From IMG/VR virus record IMGVR_UViG_3300008113_000068: a stretch of DNA of 64,000 nt; one strand, 5' to 3'. This document shows, piece by piece, positions 29,610-38,119 of the stretch. Under the pieces are notes generated by a model. The model was given only the letters and a program-made list of their open reading frames with translations. It did no database searches and had not been told where the DNA came from. Position numbers and translations under genes: made by a program. Each line of letters opens with the position of its first letter. Position 1 is the first letter of the stretch. The stretch is from an uncultured virus (IMG/VR IMGVR_UViG_3300008113_000068) (lineage: Duplodnaviria; Heunggongvirae; Uroviricota; Caudoviricetes).

Positions 29610-29794
29610 TTTGTGAAGTTTTTGTTGTTAAAAATTTAGTTAATTGCCTTTTTCATATTGTTACTTCGAAAAGTTTCTGTGTTCCATGCTACTAATAAAA
29701 AATCGTCTATTTCAAAACGCATCTATTTTCATCTTCTAAAACGCAACGAGTTCAATATGACTTTTACTCGCTATGGCGATTTGCTTTCCTTGAA

Positions 29795-29899
29795 TTATTT
29801 CTTAATTCGTGGAGCAACAAATCTTTGGTGTACTGCTAAACCAACCATAACTGCTGCAAGCACTACTAAAAATTGTTTTCCGTGTTCTTTCGTCAACAT
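29795..29899 (-). CDS. 34-aa TM microprotein (not in ORF track)
   Basis: MLTKEHGKQFLVVLAAVMVGLAVHQRFVAPRIKK, just downstream of a promoter box. Confidence 0.65.
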   Translation of the reverse strand: MLTKEHGKQFLVVLAAVMVGLAVHQRFVAPRIKK

Positions 29900-29925
29900 A
29901 TCTTTTTTATTAAAAGTTTATGAAA

Positions 29926-29933
29926 CAAATTTA
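29926..29933 (-). promoter_or_regulatory. Bacteroidota -7 promoter box TAAATTTG for the virion operon
   Basis: TAnnTTTG between a terminator and the 29899 start. Confidence 0.5.
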
Positions 29934-29981
29934 TTAATCAATTAGAACGTTGAATTTTAAATATGTTGTACGGAAATGCAT

Positions 29982-30016
29982 AAAAAAAGCACCAATACAA
30001 TTAAGTAAAGGTGCTT
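29982..30016 (-). terminator. Intrinsic terminator
   Basis: AAGCACC...GGTGCTT hairpin followed by a T-run on the minus strand. Confidence 0.6.
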
Positions 30017-30042
30017 CGTGTACATTTAATGTATAGTTTATT

Positions 30043-30216
30043 TTATTCTGATTTTTTGTCTTTATATTGTTTTAAGACATAATCTGCATATTCCTTCATT
30101 AAATAGTTTAAACTGGGTTGTTTCATTACATCATCAATGCAACATACAAGGGTAGTTTTTTGCATTTCAATACCATAATCTTGTAAAAATTCAGCTGGTG
30201 ATTTTAGTTCTTCCAT
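30043..30216 (-). CDS. 57-aa hypothetical protein (not in ORF track)
   Basis: MEELKSPAEFLQDYG..., abutting the upstream stop codon. Confidence 0.55.
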   Translation of the reverse strand: MEELKSPAEFLQDYGIEMQKTTLVCCIDDVMKQPSLNYLMKEYADYVLKQYKDKKSE

Positions 30217-30217
30217 A

Positions 30218-30964
30218 TTATTTATAATCTAACCCGTAAACGCCCCAAGGTGAATTATCATGTCGCACCACAATTGATGTGTCTAAAAAGATAGGTATTT
30301 TGTTTGCTGCACAATCTTCCGCGAAATATGTATCTGGGTGATTGTTTACATCTTCAATATATCTGAACTTCACTTTTTCAAAAACTAATTTTGAAATCAA
30401 AATGCATCCTAATCCTGCATGTGCTACTTTTTTTACCGTCCCATCGCAAAAACATAAATCTTCATTAGCCATAAAGTTCAATGAACTAATGAATTTTGGT
30501 GCAAGATTGATTGTGCGTTGAATCATAGGTTTGCGGTAAATACCATTATCTACGTAATACAATGCACTTATAACGGGTTTCATCTCACAATACAACCTTT
30601 CTATAATATCATCAGGCGGAAATAAATCTGTTTCTAAATGCAACAAGTAGTCATATTTGAATTTCAATGTATAATCCCGGCAATCGTTATGTGATAAAGC
30701 CATTTTTGCAATTATACTATCTGATTTGAAATTATGTATTTGAAGTGTATTTATTGCTTCGAACTTCTTATCATCACCATAGTTATCTTTGTAATAATCA
30801 TTCATGTATGCAGTAAATATTCCGCCATCATTCGTGTTATCAAATAATTTAACTTCGAAATTAGGATACTTAAATTTCATGATGTTATCCAAATACTCCT
30901 CAAAGCAATATTTCTTTGCAGATGCTGTTGGAGCAGCAACTAATACTTTCGGAAAAACATTCAT
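30218..30964 (-). CDS. GT-A (GT2-like) glycosyltransferase
   Basis: YDYLLHLETD, GLGCILI, DTYFAED and IFLDTSIVVRH. Confidence 0.8.
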   Translation of the reverse strand: MNVFPKVLVAAPTASAKKYCFEEYLDNIMKFKYPNFEVKLFDNTNDGGIFTAYMNDYYKDNYGDDKKFEAINTLQIHNFKSDSIIAKMALSHNDCRDYTLKFKYDYLLHLETDLFPPDDIIERLYCEMKPVISALYYVDNGIYRKPMIQRTINLAPKFISSLNFMANEDLCFCDGTVKKVAHAGLGCILISKLVFEKVKFRYIEDVNNHPDTYFAEDCAANKIPIFLDTSIVVRHDNSPWGVYGLDYK

Positions 30965-30966
30965 GA

Positions 30967-31380
30967 CTAAACGTATTCTTTCAACTTGTTGTACATAATG
31001 ACTAATACCTCATCATTTGTATCTGCTTCTTTGAAGTTTGCGCGTTTCATTAAACTCATCAACACTTCATTCTTCTCTGCTTTAACCCATGCTTTTTTAA
31101 CTACCTCTTTGAAGTTTTTCTTCGCAGATGCTAAATCTAATTCAAATTGACGAGAATAATTTTCGAAGTATTGATTTTTCTGAAACAAGATTTTTTCCAA
31201 TACATCTATTTCTTGAATGGTTTTGATTTTCAATATTTTATCTTCGTTTTGTTCGCGTAAAGATTTAGAATCTTTTTCCTCTTCAATAAATTTCAAACGT
31301 TCTTTGTATGAACTCAATAAATCTCTCATCGGTTGCATTGTTTCTTGCAACTTCTTCATGTAAGGTGTTTCTGTTTTCAT
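30967..31380 (-). CDS. Coiled-coil hypothetical protein
   Basis: Charged helical ORF within the operon. Confidence 0.65.
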   Translation of the reverse strand: MKTETPYMKKLQETMQPMRDLLSSYKERLKFIEEEKDSKSLREQNEDKILKIKTIQEIDVLEKILFQKNQYFENYSRQFELDLASAKKNFKEVVKKAWVKAEKNEVLMSLMKRANFKEADTNDEVLVIMYNKLKEYV

Positions 31381-31382
31381 AC

Positions 31383-31820
31383 TTATTTACGTTTTAATTC
31401 AATTTTTGATTCTTTAAAAATGGCTAATTCTTTTTCAAATTTTTGAATCATTTTGAGTCTGTCTTTAATATAAAATGCCTCAATGCCCCAGAATGATGCT
31501 GCAAAAAGATAGTATTTACATGAAGAATTTTCAATCAACCATTCTTGCATTTCGATTTCTTTTTCAGGTGTCATTTCACCTTCTAACGTTTTCCATAAGA
31601 TGCGTACACGAAATTTGTCTTTCCCTCGCAATCTATCAATTTGGTCTTGAAGTTCGATTGCTTTTTTGTATGCATCTGAATCTTTTGCATCTGTTCCTTC
31701 TTCAAATGTACCATACACCAATATTTCTAAAAGAACGCGTGGTGCGATTATTTTTGGAAAAACTAATTGTTGTTCTTCTTGATTTGGAACATCTTCCTGT
31801 TCTACTTTTTGTACTTCCAT
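31383..31820 (-). CDS. Hypothetical protein (possibly a degenerate GT-A fragment)
   Basis: LEILV...LIENSSCKYYLF pattern. Confidence 0.55.
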   Translation of the reverse strand: MEVQKVEQEDVPNQEEQQLVFPKIIAPRVLLEILVYGTFEEGTDAKDSDAYKKAIELQDQIDRLRGKDKFRVRILWKTLEGEMTPEKEIEMQEWLIENSSCKYYLFAASFWGIEAFYIKDRLKMIQKFEKELAIFKESKIELKRK

Positions 31821-31835
31821 GTTTATTTGTTTTTG

Positions 31836-32147
31836 TTAAATATTATCAATCATATATTCTTGCACAAAGAAAATCGAAACCTCTTTGACTGTTAATGAAT
31901 CTGTTACTCCAAATGCTTTATTAAACTGATATAAAAAATCTGAATTACCTCTCCAATATTTTAAAATCAATCTCGTAATACTTTGTTCAATTTCAAAACA
32001 ATCTTCCCAATCTTCTGTAATTGAATATCCATGCGCGTCTATTTCTGTAAAGTAATTACATTGCATTCCGCGAAATAACTTTTCAATTTTTGCTGGTGAA
32101 TGAATTTCTAAAATTTCATGAACCTCATTCCTTATTTGATTTATCAT
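31836..32147 (-). CDS. Hypothetical protein
   Basis: ORF within the operon. Confidence 0.6.
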   Translation of the reverse strand: MINQIRNEVHEILEIHSPAKIEKLFRGMQCNYFTEIDAHGYSITEDWEDCFEIEQSITRLILKYWRGNSDFLYQFNKAFGVTDSLTVKEVSIFFVQEYMIDNI

Positions 32148-32153
32148 TTTACA

Positions 32154-32846
32154 TTAATCAATTTTAATTCTTCCTATCGAACCATGTTTGTAAAATTGTT
32201 CTTCAATTTCTGGTAATAGGTATTGTTTTCTTAATGTTGCAGGTCCATGTCCAATTTTTGCGCCAATTTTACGTAATGCTTCATTAAATACTTTCGCGCG
32301 TTGTTTTTCGTCTTTTACTTTACCTATGCGATTTAATTCCATCACCATCAATCTATTTGCATTGAATCCTCTGATGTCTTTTGATTTTGCATCAAACTTA
32401 TGCAAATAACGATTTACTTTGTCTGCTTTGATTTTAAAACCATCTTTCGTAACGAATACAAATGAATCATTTCGCTTCATTAAATCGCGTAACATCATCG
32501 CACATGTGACGTCTGTGAATTGTTTTTCATGTTCAACACCACTCTTACCCACATAATTCAATGTGACTGTGTTTCTATCTACAGTAATGTGTTTGCGTTT
32601 AAATTCAGTTACCCCGAAATGACCATTTTTCGCAGATTCGGAATTACCTACACGTTCTGATGTTAACATCATAATTCTAACAACAAGTGCAGTTAGGCGT
32701 GTTTTATCATCTGATGAATATAAATCAGCTTTTAGTTTTCTTTTCAACCTATCAATTTTATCGCGTAGGTTGTAAATAGAATCGCGTTTTAATTCCCAAC
32801 GCTTATCTAAATCATATTCTTTAATTTTCAGTTCCATGGAAGTCAA
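32154..32846 (-). CDS. DNA topoisomerase IB, catalytic domain only
   Basis: Catalytic pentad present: ERVGN (R), GKSG (K), KDIR (R), IGH (H), RKQYL (Y). Confidence 0.85.
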   Translation of the reverse strand: MTSMELKIKEYDLDKRWELKRDSIYNLRDKIDRLKRKLKADLYSSDDKTRLTALVVRIMMLTSERVGNSESAKNGHFGVTEFKRKHITVDRNTVTLNYVGKSGVEHEKQFTDVTCAMMLRDLMKRNDSFVFVTKDGFKIKADKVNRYLHKFDAKSKDIRGFNANRLMVMELNRIGKVKDEKQRAKVFNEALRKIGAKIGHGPATLRKQYLLPEIEEQFYKHGSIGRIKID

Positions 32847-33453
32847 TATTTGCTTTTACAAATTCGTTAATTAAAAATACGCCATCTTTTGTTTTCTTTG
32901 GGTACAGAGCTTCATTTTCTATCTCAAGTGGTATGAATGTCTGTTTACGTATGTAAAAATTCGTTAGACCCGAAAAAGCGAACTTTAATGAAAACTCTGC
33001 ATATTGAAAACCCGTATGGTCAAATAATTTATCAAACATACCCATTTGTTCTGTAAGATGTTTCATGTGAAACATCATAATGCCTTCAATGATGTTATTT
33101 TCTGCAAGCCAAACGTTAACCAACTCATCATCTGTAAAAAGTACGGGCGAAAGTTTCAATTTCTCTTTTCCATGTCGTATGCCTACAATTCCTGGGTCTA
33201 CAACATTTTTTATGTTAAAAAGCAAATCCTCACACCAATCGTTATCCACCAATGCGTTTGCAGGAAACAATACACATATTTCTTCTTTTACTTGAATCAA
33301 CAAACTGTTTACAGAATCGCACAATGAATTTTTGTATTCCGTTGTGTAAATATTTATATTACACTTTGTCTTTGCTTGAAGGTTTTCAATTACGTATTGC
33401 GTTTCAATTGCATTTTCATTCGTAACAATGCATACTGCTATTTCTTCTAACAT
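32821..33453 (-). CDS. Divergent GT-A-fold protein
   Basis: SVNSLL, NALVDNDWCEDL, GIVG and GMFDKLF...EFS pattern; no intact DxD. Confidence 0.5.
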   Translation of the reverse strand: MLEEIAVCIVTNENAIETQYVIENLQAKTKCNINIYTTEYKNSLCDSVNSLLIQVKEEICVLFPANALVDNDWCEDLLFNIKNVVDPGIVGIRHGKEKLKLSPVLFTDDELVNVWLAENNIIEGIMMFHMKHLTEQMGMFDKLFDHTGFQYAEFSLKFAFSGLTNFYIRKQTFIPLEIENEALYPKKTKDGVFLINEFVKANIDFHGTEN

Positions 33454-33455
33454 AC

Positions 33456-33719
33456 CTATTCATTTTTTAATGCGAATGCGTAAATCTGCATTGAATCCTG
33501 TAATTCTTTGTTCTTTTCAGCTAACGCTTTTTTAATTTTTGCAATAGACATTTCGCATTGAATACGTTGTATATCTATTTCATTACGTTCATATTCATTC
33601 TTTGAGTTCAAATCCCAATTCATCAAATGAATTTTCAACTGCAGACATTCTTGAATGTTTTGCAAATTGAACATACTTTTCATTTGCAGTTCAATATTTT
33701 CATTTTGGATTGTTTCCAT
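33456..33719 (-). CDS. Coiled-coil hypothetical protein
   Basis: ORF within the operon. Confidence 0.6.
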   Translation of the reverse strand: METIQNENIELQMKSMFNLQNIQECLQLKIHLMNWDLNSKNEYERNEIDIQRIQCEMSIAKIKKALAEKNKELQDSMQIYAFALKNE

Positions 33720-33937
33720 TACTTATTGTGAATATGCGAAATGCTATATGGTATTGAAAATGGCAAAATGAAGTAAACTAAAAAAAGTGTAAAAATCAGT
33801 TGAATCGGTTTTTGTTTGTTTTTTATCGTTTTCCAATCCTCAAATACTAAATAAGCATCGTTTCTAAAATAAATCAGAATTAAACCAATGAACGCTAATG
33901 TTGTCCAAATTTCAAAAAGTATCAACCATGTTTGCAT
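33719..33937 (-). CDS. Small 2-TM protein
   Basis: Two hydrophobic helices, directly downstream of the ATPase. Confidence 0.6.
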   Translation of the reverse strand: MQTWLILFEIWTTLAFIGLILIYFRNDAYLVFEDWKTIKNKQKPIQLIFTLFLVYFILPFSIPYSISHIHNK

Positions 33938-33940
33938 AAT

Positions 33941-34789
33941 CTACTTATTTGTGTTACCGTAAAACTGTTCGTAAAATTGTTTTTGTAATACGAGCATAGC
34001 TTCTGGTTTACTCGTTCCATTCATTTCAACATACTCCTTTAATTCACGTTTGTTGATATTCAAATACTTTTCACATGCATCCAAAAATTCCTTTTTCGTG
34101 AACTTACCTTCAATCTTATTTTCAAAACAATGAATGTACACAAAGAATCGTTTATCTTGATTGTAGTATCTTGTCTTAACTAGTATTTCAGCAATTTTGT
34201 ACAATGCTAGGTTTGCGATTTTACCTTTAATATCATTCACATTATCTTGTTGATAATGTAAACGCATCCAACGTGAATTTGAATACATACGTGGTTCAAC
34301 TGCGCGAAGTGATTGATATGAAATTAACATGTCTACACCTCGGTGACGTAAGTTTACCAATCCCCCTACAATTTCCTCCATGTGCGTAACATTCAAGATA
34401 TAGGTGTTGATATCTTCAACAACAAGCAAACCATTTTTGTAGTAACGAATGATGTATTCTAATACCTTTTTCTTTTCAGGTATAGAAAGGTTCTTTGCAT
34501 CAATACGTCTACATTCAACTATATCCGATAAACTCCATTCGGGAATATCTCGTAAAGCAATAACTCGTGGGTTGAAGTTTTCAATATCATTACGCGCAAA
34601 TTGTTCTTTTGTATACTCACCATTAGTATCCATAATAAGACATTTCCTTCCCCTAACTTTGTTGAAGAATTTATCTGCAACGTATGATTTAATGATATAC
34701 ATGTTCTGATAGGTTTTACCTACACCTTGTACACCAGTTGTGACCATCATCCCAGCTGCGCGTTCTTTATTTTTAACTTCCTTTGCCAT
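33941..34789 (-). CDS. FtsK-HerA superfamily, A32 / PRD1-P9-like genome packaging ATPase
   Basis: Walker A GVQGVGKT, Walker B LLVVED, then LRHRGVDMLISYQ (Arg finger plus conserved Gln) and PRMYSN. Confidence 0.8.
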   Translation of the reverse strand: MAKEVKNKERAAGMMVTTGVQGVGKTYQNMYIIKSYVADKFFNKVRGRKCLIMDTNGEYTKEQFARNDIENFNPRVIALRDIPEWSLSDIVECRRIDAKNLSIPEKKKVLEYIIRYYKNGLLVVEDINTYILNVTHMEEIVGGLVNLRHRGVDMLISYQSLRAVEPRMYSNSRWMRLHYQQDNVNDIKGKIANLALYKIAEILVKTRYYNQDKRFFVYIHCFENKIEGKFTKKEFLDACEKYLNINKRELKEYVEMNGTSKPEAMLVLQKQFYEQFYGNTNK

Positions 34790-34792
34790 AAA

Positions 34793-35998
34793 TTATTCTT
34801 TTGTTACAACAACTTGCTCAATTTCTAACATATCATCATCAGCAACTAATTCATTTTGTAATTCTTCAATTGTTGCATTTGGCACTCCATTTACTTCTGA
34901 ATACACTTGATTTACAGGTTGTTCAGGTTGCTCATATTGAGGTTGTGGTTGCGGTTGTTCATATTGTTGTTGTTGTGGTTGTCCATCATTCATCATTCTC
35001 AATTGACTTAACAAACTATTCGTTTGAGATTTCAAAGATAATAATATTGCGCCTTTTTTCACTAAAACACCTCCAACAATTATCATAAGTTCTTGAGTTG
35101 CAGTAGGAGCGATACCTTTTTCCATGAATACCTCAGCAAGTGCCTCACTCATGTCACGTTTCTCTTCCTCTTCAAATTTACCTAATTGTTCTGCTGCAAG
35201 ACATTGTTGTTGAAAGAATTGTTTAACAGTTGCATCTTGACCATTTTCAAGTGTTACAAGTATTGAAAGGTTCATTTCACCTGACAATTCGTATTCTGCT
35301 AATTTCGCATCATTGATATCTTTGTTTGCATACCAAACGAAACCTTTTTCAGCTAATGCACAAACAGCCTCAACGATATATTTTGCAAATTTCTTCGTTG
35401 ATTTCTTTTGTTTAGAACCGGACATTTCATCAAACGATGGGTTTAAAGGTTCTTTACGTTCACGTTTTTGATTAGGTTGTTGTTTTTGTGAATCTTCATT
35501 TTTCCCTTGTTGTGTTTTTTCAACAGGTTCCTCTGAATCATCATCTGGTAATTGAAACGCTTCATCGAATGAAAGAGGTTCAGCAAAATCACTTCTTGCA
35601 GGACCTTTCTGAGTCATGTCGTCTTTAGACAAACCACCCTCTAATGTATAATCATAGGTTGTAGGTTCTTGGCGATTAAATGGGTCAATAAATGAGCCAT
35701 CATCTTCAAAAATATCGTCTTTTTCAATTTTTGTTGTAACTTCTTTATCATCAACATTAATGCTTTCTGATTTGCTTTTTGCCATATCCTTATTTTTTAT
35801 TTCTACAAATTCTGTATCTTGAACAGCGTACATTCTGTGCATTGCCTCTAATTCATCGTAATTTGATGCAGGAACAAAACTTTCAGCAGCTTCTGGGTTA
35901 CCTTGTAGGCGTTTATCAATGATTGGTTGAATCTCTTGAATCATGCGCATTTCCTTGTAATTGCGCTTACCTTTTTTTGCATAAATCTTAATGCTCAT
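34793..35998 (-). CDS. Acidic protein with a hydrophobic C-terminal segment (packaging or assembly accessory candidate)
   Basis: Directly upstream of the ATPase; low-complexity acidic and Gln/Pro linkers. Confidence 0.6.
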   Translation of the reverse strand: MSIKIYAKKGKRNYKEMRMIQEIQPIIDKRLQGNPEAAESFVPASNYDELEAMHRMYAVQDTEFVEIKNKDMAKSKSESINVDDKEVTTKIEKDDIFEDDGSFIDPFNRQEPTTYDYTLEGGLSKDDMTQKGPARSDFAEPLSFDEAFQLPDDDSEEPVEKTQQGKNEDSQKQQPNQKRERKEPLNPSFDEMSGSKQKKSTKKFAKYIVEAVCALAEKGFVWYANKDINDAKLAEYELSGEMNLSILVTLENGQDATVKQFFQQQCLAAEQLGKFEEEEKRDMSEALAEVFMEKGIAPTATQELMIIVGGVLVKKGAILLSLKSQTNSLLSQLRMMNDGQPQQQQYEQPQPQPQYEQPEQPVNQVYSEVNGVPNATIEELQNELVADDDMLEIEQVVVTKE

Positions 35999-36443
35999 AC
36001 TCTATATTTTTATTTTCGTTTGCAAAATTTTCTATGAATTTTTGATTTAGTAGTTCATATTTTTCAATAAACAATCTATCTGGTTTTAAATTCATATCGG
36101 CTGTTTTATGTCTTACAATCGCTTGATGAACTACCGAATGCCAATTACTAAATACTTTATCTGCAATATATCTCGTTGATAAACCTAAATTAAAATGCAG
36201 TAGACAATATGCAAGTTGTTTTGCTTCACTGATGTCTCCGCGTACATTTTTTTTCTTTAATGTGCGAATATTCGTGTTAAATTCCTTGCTGACTATCTCT
36301 AAGATGTAATAAATCTCTTGAGTTTTATCGTCTTTTTTGTTGAGAAAAGAAACGATTGCTTCGTTTAATTCCCTAACAGTATAGTTTTTTAATCCTTCTT
36401 GGATGTTTTTCAATAACTCCTCAATGTCTTTTTCTTTGCTCAT
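35988..36443 (-). CDS. DnaA C-terminal-like HTH DNA-binding protein
   Basis: ISEAKQLAYCLLH...LS...IA..F..HSVV. Confidence 0.6.
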   Translation of the reverse strand: MSKEKDIEELLKNIQEGLKNYTVRELNEAIVSFLNKKDDKTQEIYYILEIVSKEFNTNIRTLKKKNVRGDISEAKQLAYCLLHFNLGLSTRYIADKVFSNWHSVVHQAIVRHKTADMNLKPDRLFIEKYELLNQKFIENFANENKNIEYEH

Positions 36444-36465
36444 ATCATGACATAATACTCATATA

Positions 36466-36547
36466 CAAAAATAAACAAATATTTTGTATATCGACATAAC
36501 GTAAATATTTCAAATTATTTGTTGAAAAAATTGAATTGTTATTTTTG
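36466..36547. promoter_or_regulatory. Divergent promoter pair: TATTTTTG on minus (36466-36473) and plus (36540-36547)
   Basis: A TAnnTTTG box upstream of each divergent gene. Confidence 0.5.
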
Positions 36548-36561
36548 TTAAAATAGGTAGT

Positions 36562-36849
36562 ATGGAAAATTCAGTTATAAAGAATGACAAACAGTTATTC
36601 TTTAACCAAGTCAAAGGTATTATTCATGAAATGAATGATTCTGAGGATTTCTGTAATATCGTTTTACAAGTTGGTCATGAGAACACTCGTAATATTAGTT
36701 TTGTAACTAAAAAGCAACGATTTGATGAGGTTTCATCTGATTTTGCATTGAATGATAAGGTTGTTGTTAAATATTACCTCTCATCAAGAAAAAAGCATGA
36801 TAGATGGTACACGACTGCGACCATACTTGATATTCAAAAAGATTTGTAG
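36562..36849 (+). CDS. OB-fold, SSB-like protein (DUF3127-like)
   Basis: DKVVVKYYLSSRK..DRWYT. Confidence 0.6.
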   Translation: MENSVIKNDKQLFFNQVKGIIHEMNDSEDFCNIVLQVGHENTRNISFVTKKQRFDEVSSDFALNDKVVVKYYLSSRKKHDRWYTTATILDIQKDL

Positions 36850-36857
36850 AGAAAAAT

Positions 36858-37073
36858 TTATTCGTGTTTGCATTTCAATTGACCGCATGTTGAACATACT
36901 TTCGGGTCAATGATTTTTACTTCTTTTAAAGTTACCCATTTGTGTTTGCATCCAACATTCATAGAATCATGAATTGATTTTGCGATTAATTCTCTATCTG
37001 CACGTTCTAAATATGTTTCGTTTACATACAATGGGATAGCATTTAGAATTGTGTTGTACAATTTAGCATTCAT
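36858..37073 (-). CDS. Small Zn-ribbon hypothetical protein
   Basis: CKHKW...CSTCG. Confidence 0.6.
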   Translation of the reverse strand: MNAKLYNTILNAIPLYVNETYLERADRELIAKSIHDSMNVGCKHKWVTLKEVKIIDPKVCSTCGQLKCKHE

Positions 37074-37084
37074 GGGTTAAAACA

Positions 37085-37405
37085 TTAATCGTTGTACATA
37101 AAGTCATCTACATCTAATTCATTTTCTTGCTCCCATAATTCCCAGTCAATAAGATTTATCATCTGTGTTTCAATCAAAACAAGTTCATGATTAGATAGTG
37201 TGTTCGGCATACCTGATTTTAAATCATCATACTGAACACACTTGTAACCTGTAATTTTTACTGCGTGATTTTTTTGTTGGTTGATAAACAAATCTAATTC
37301 AAGGTTTTCTAAGAAAAATGTTTTTAAGTATTCACCTTTCGAATTTGTGAATATGACTTCACATGAATCTTCGTAACCTGTAAAATTTGATATGTTAACA
37401 GCCAT
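37085..37405 (-). CDS. Hypothetical protein
   Basis: ORF within the operon. Confidence 0.6.
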   Translation of the reverse strand: MAVNISNFTGYEDSCEVIFTNSKGEYLKTFFLENLELDLFINQQKNHAVKITGYKCVQYDDLKSGMPNTLSNHELVLIETQMINLIDWELWEQENELDVDDFMYND

Positions 37406-37416
37406 GCACTTTTGAA

Positions 37417-37650
37417 TTATTGCAGAACGTTAGTACCTGCATAATGATACACAGCCCATCTCGTTCTTTTTTCAAAAATCATTTCAGTGGTAATTAAATG
37501 TCCACGTTCTTTTAAGATAAAGATAATCGCAGATAAACGAGTTGCATTATACAATTGAATTGCTTCCCATGAAGTAATTGTTTTCTTCTCTTGCAAGTGA
37601 AGTAAAACTAAGTTAGTTTTGTTTTCGAATGATTCATTGTTTGTTTCCAT
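37417..37650 (-). CDS. Winged-helix HTH protein
   Basis: ITSWEAIQLYNATRLSAIIFILKERGH.I.T. Confidence 0.75.
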   Translation of the reverse strand: METNNESFENKTNLVLLHLQEKKTITSWEAIQLYNATRLSAIIFILKERGHLITTEMIFEKRTRWAVYHYAGTNVLQ

Positions 37651-37677
37651 ACTTATTTGTTTTTAAAAGTTATTGTA

Positions 37678-37685
37678 CAAATATA
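37678..37685 (-). promoter_or_regulatory. Bacteroidota -7 promoter box TATATTTG
   Basis: About 28 nt upstream of the 37650 start. Confidence 0.55.
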
Positions 37686-37748
37686 CAAGCACAATTTAAT
37701 ATTCAAAATAAAAAAATTAGATATTTTTCAACATTGAAATGTTAATAA

Positions 37749-37940
37749 CTATTCTCGACTATTTTTCAATTTGCTTAACTGAAGTGTTTTGATTTCTTTG
37801 TCCAATGCCATTAATTCTTTTTGAGCTTTATTATGTTTCTTTTGCTCAAGATGAACTAACAATGCTACAAACCCACCTAATGCACCTAAGGTTGCAATAA
37901 TCCATTTTACTTTGTTCTCTTTAAGTATGTCCAAGTTCAT
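37749..37940 (-). CDS. Small TM plus coiled-coil protein
   Basis: One TM. Confidence 0.65.
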   Translation of the reverse strand: MNLDILKENKVKWIIATLGALGGFVALLVHLEQKKHNKAQKELMALDKEIKTLQLSKLKNSRE

Positions 37941-37948
37941 GTCGCTAA

Positions 37949-38116
37949 TTAATTTTGTTCTACTTCTTTGATGCGATTTCTGTTTTCAATGAATTTGTAT
38001 CCAGCGAAAACAACCACACCTAATGCTAAAATCCAAATCAAGGCACCACCTTTTTTTGAACCCGCTGAACCACTTCCTGAAGCTGTTCCTAATGCTGTGT
38101 TAAAATGTTTAATCAT
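37949..38116 (-). CDS. 55-aa TM protein (not in ORF track)
   Basis: MIKHFNTALG...KKGGALIWILALGVVVFAGYKF. Confidence 0.6.
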   Translation of the reverse strand: MIKHFNTALGTASGSGSAGSKKGGALIWILALGVVVFAGYKFIENRNRIKEVEQN

Positions 38117-38119
38117 TTG

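Noticed and set aside
29658..29945. 95-aa plus-strand ORF upstream of the capsid candidate
   Set aside because: Antisense to the virion operon and overlapping a better minus-strand TM microprotein.
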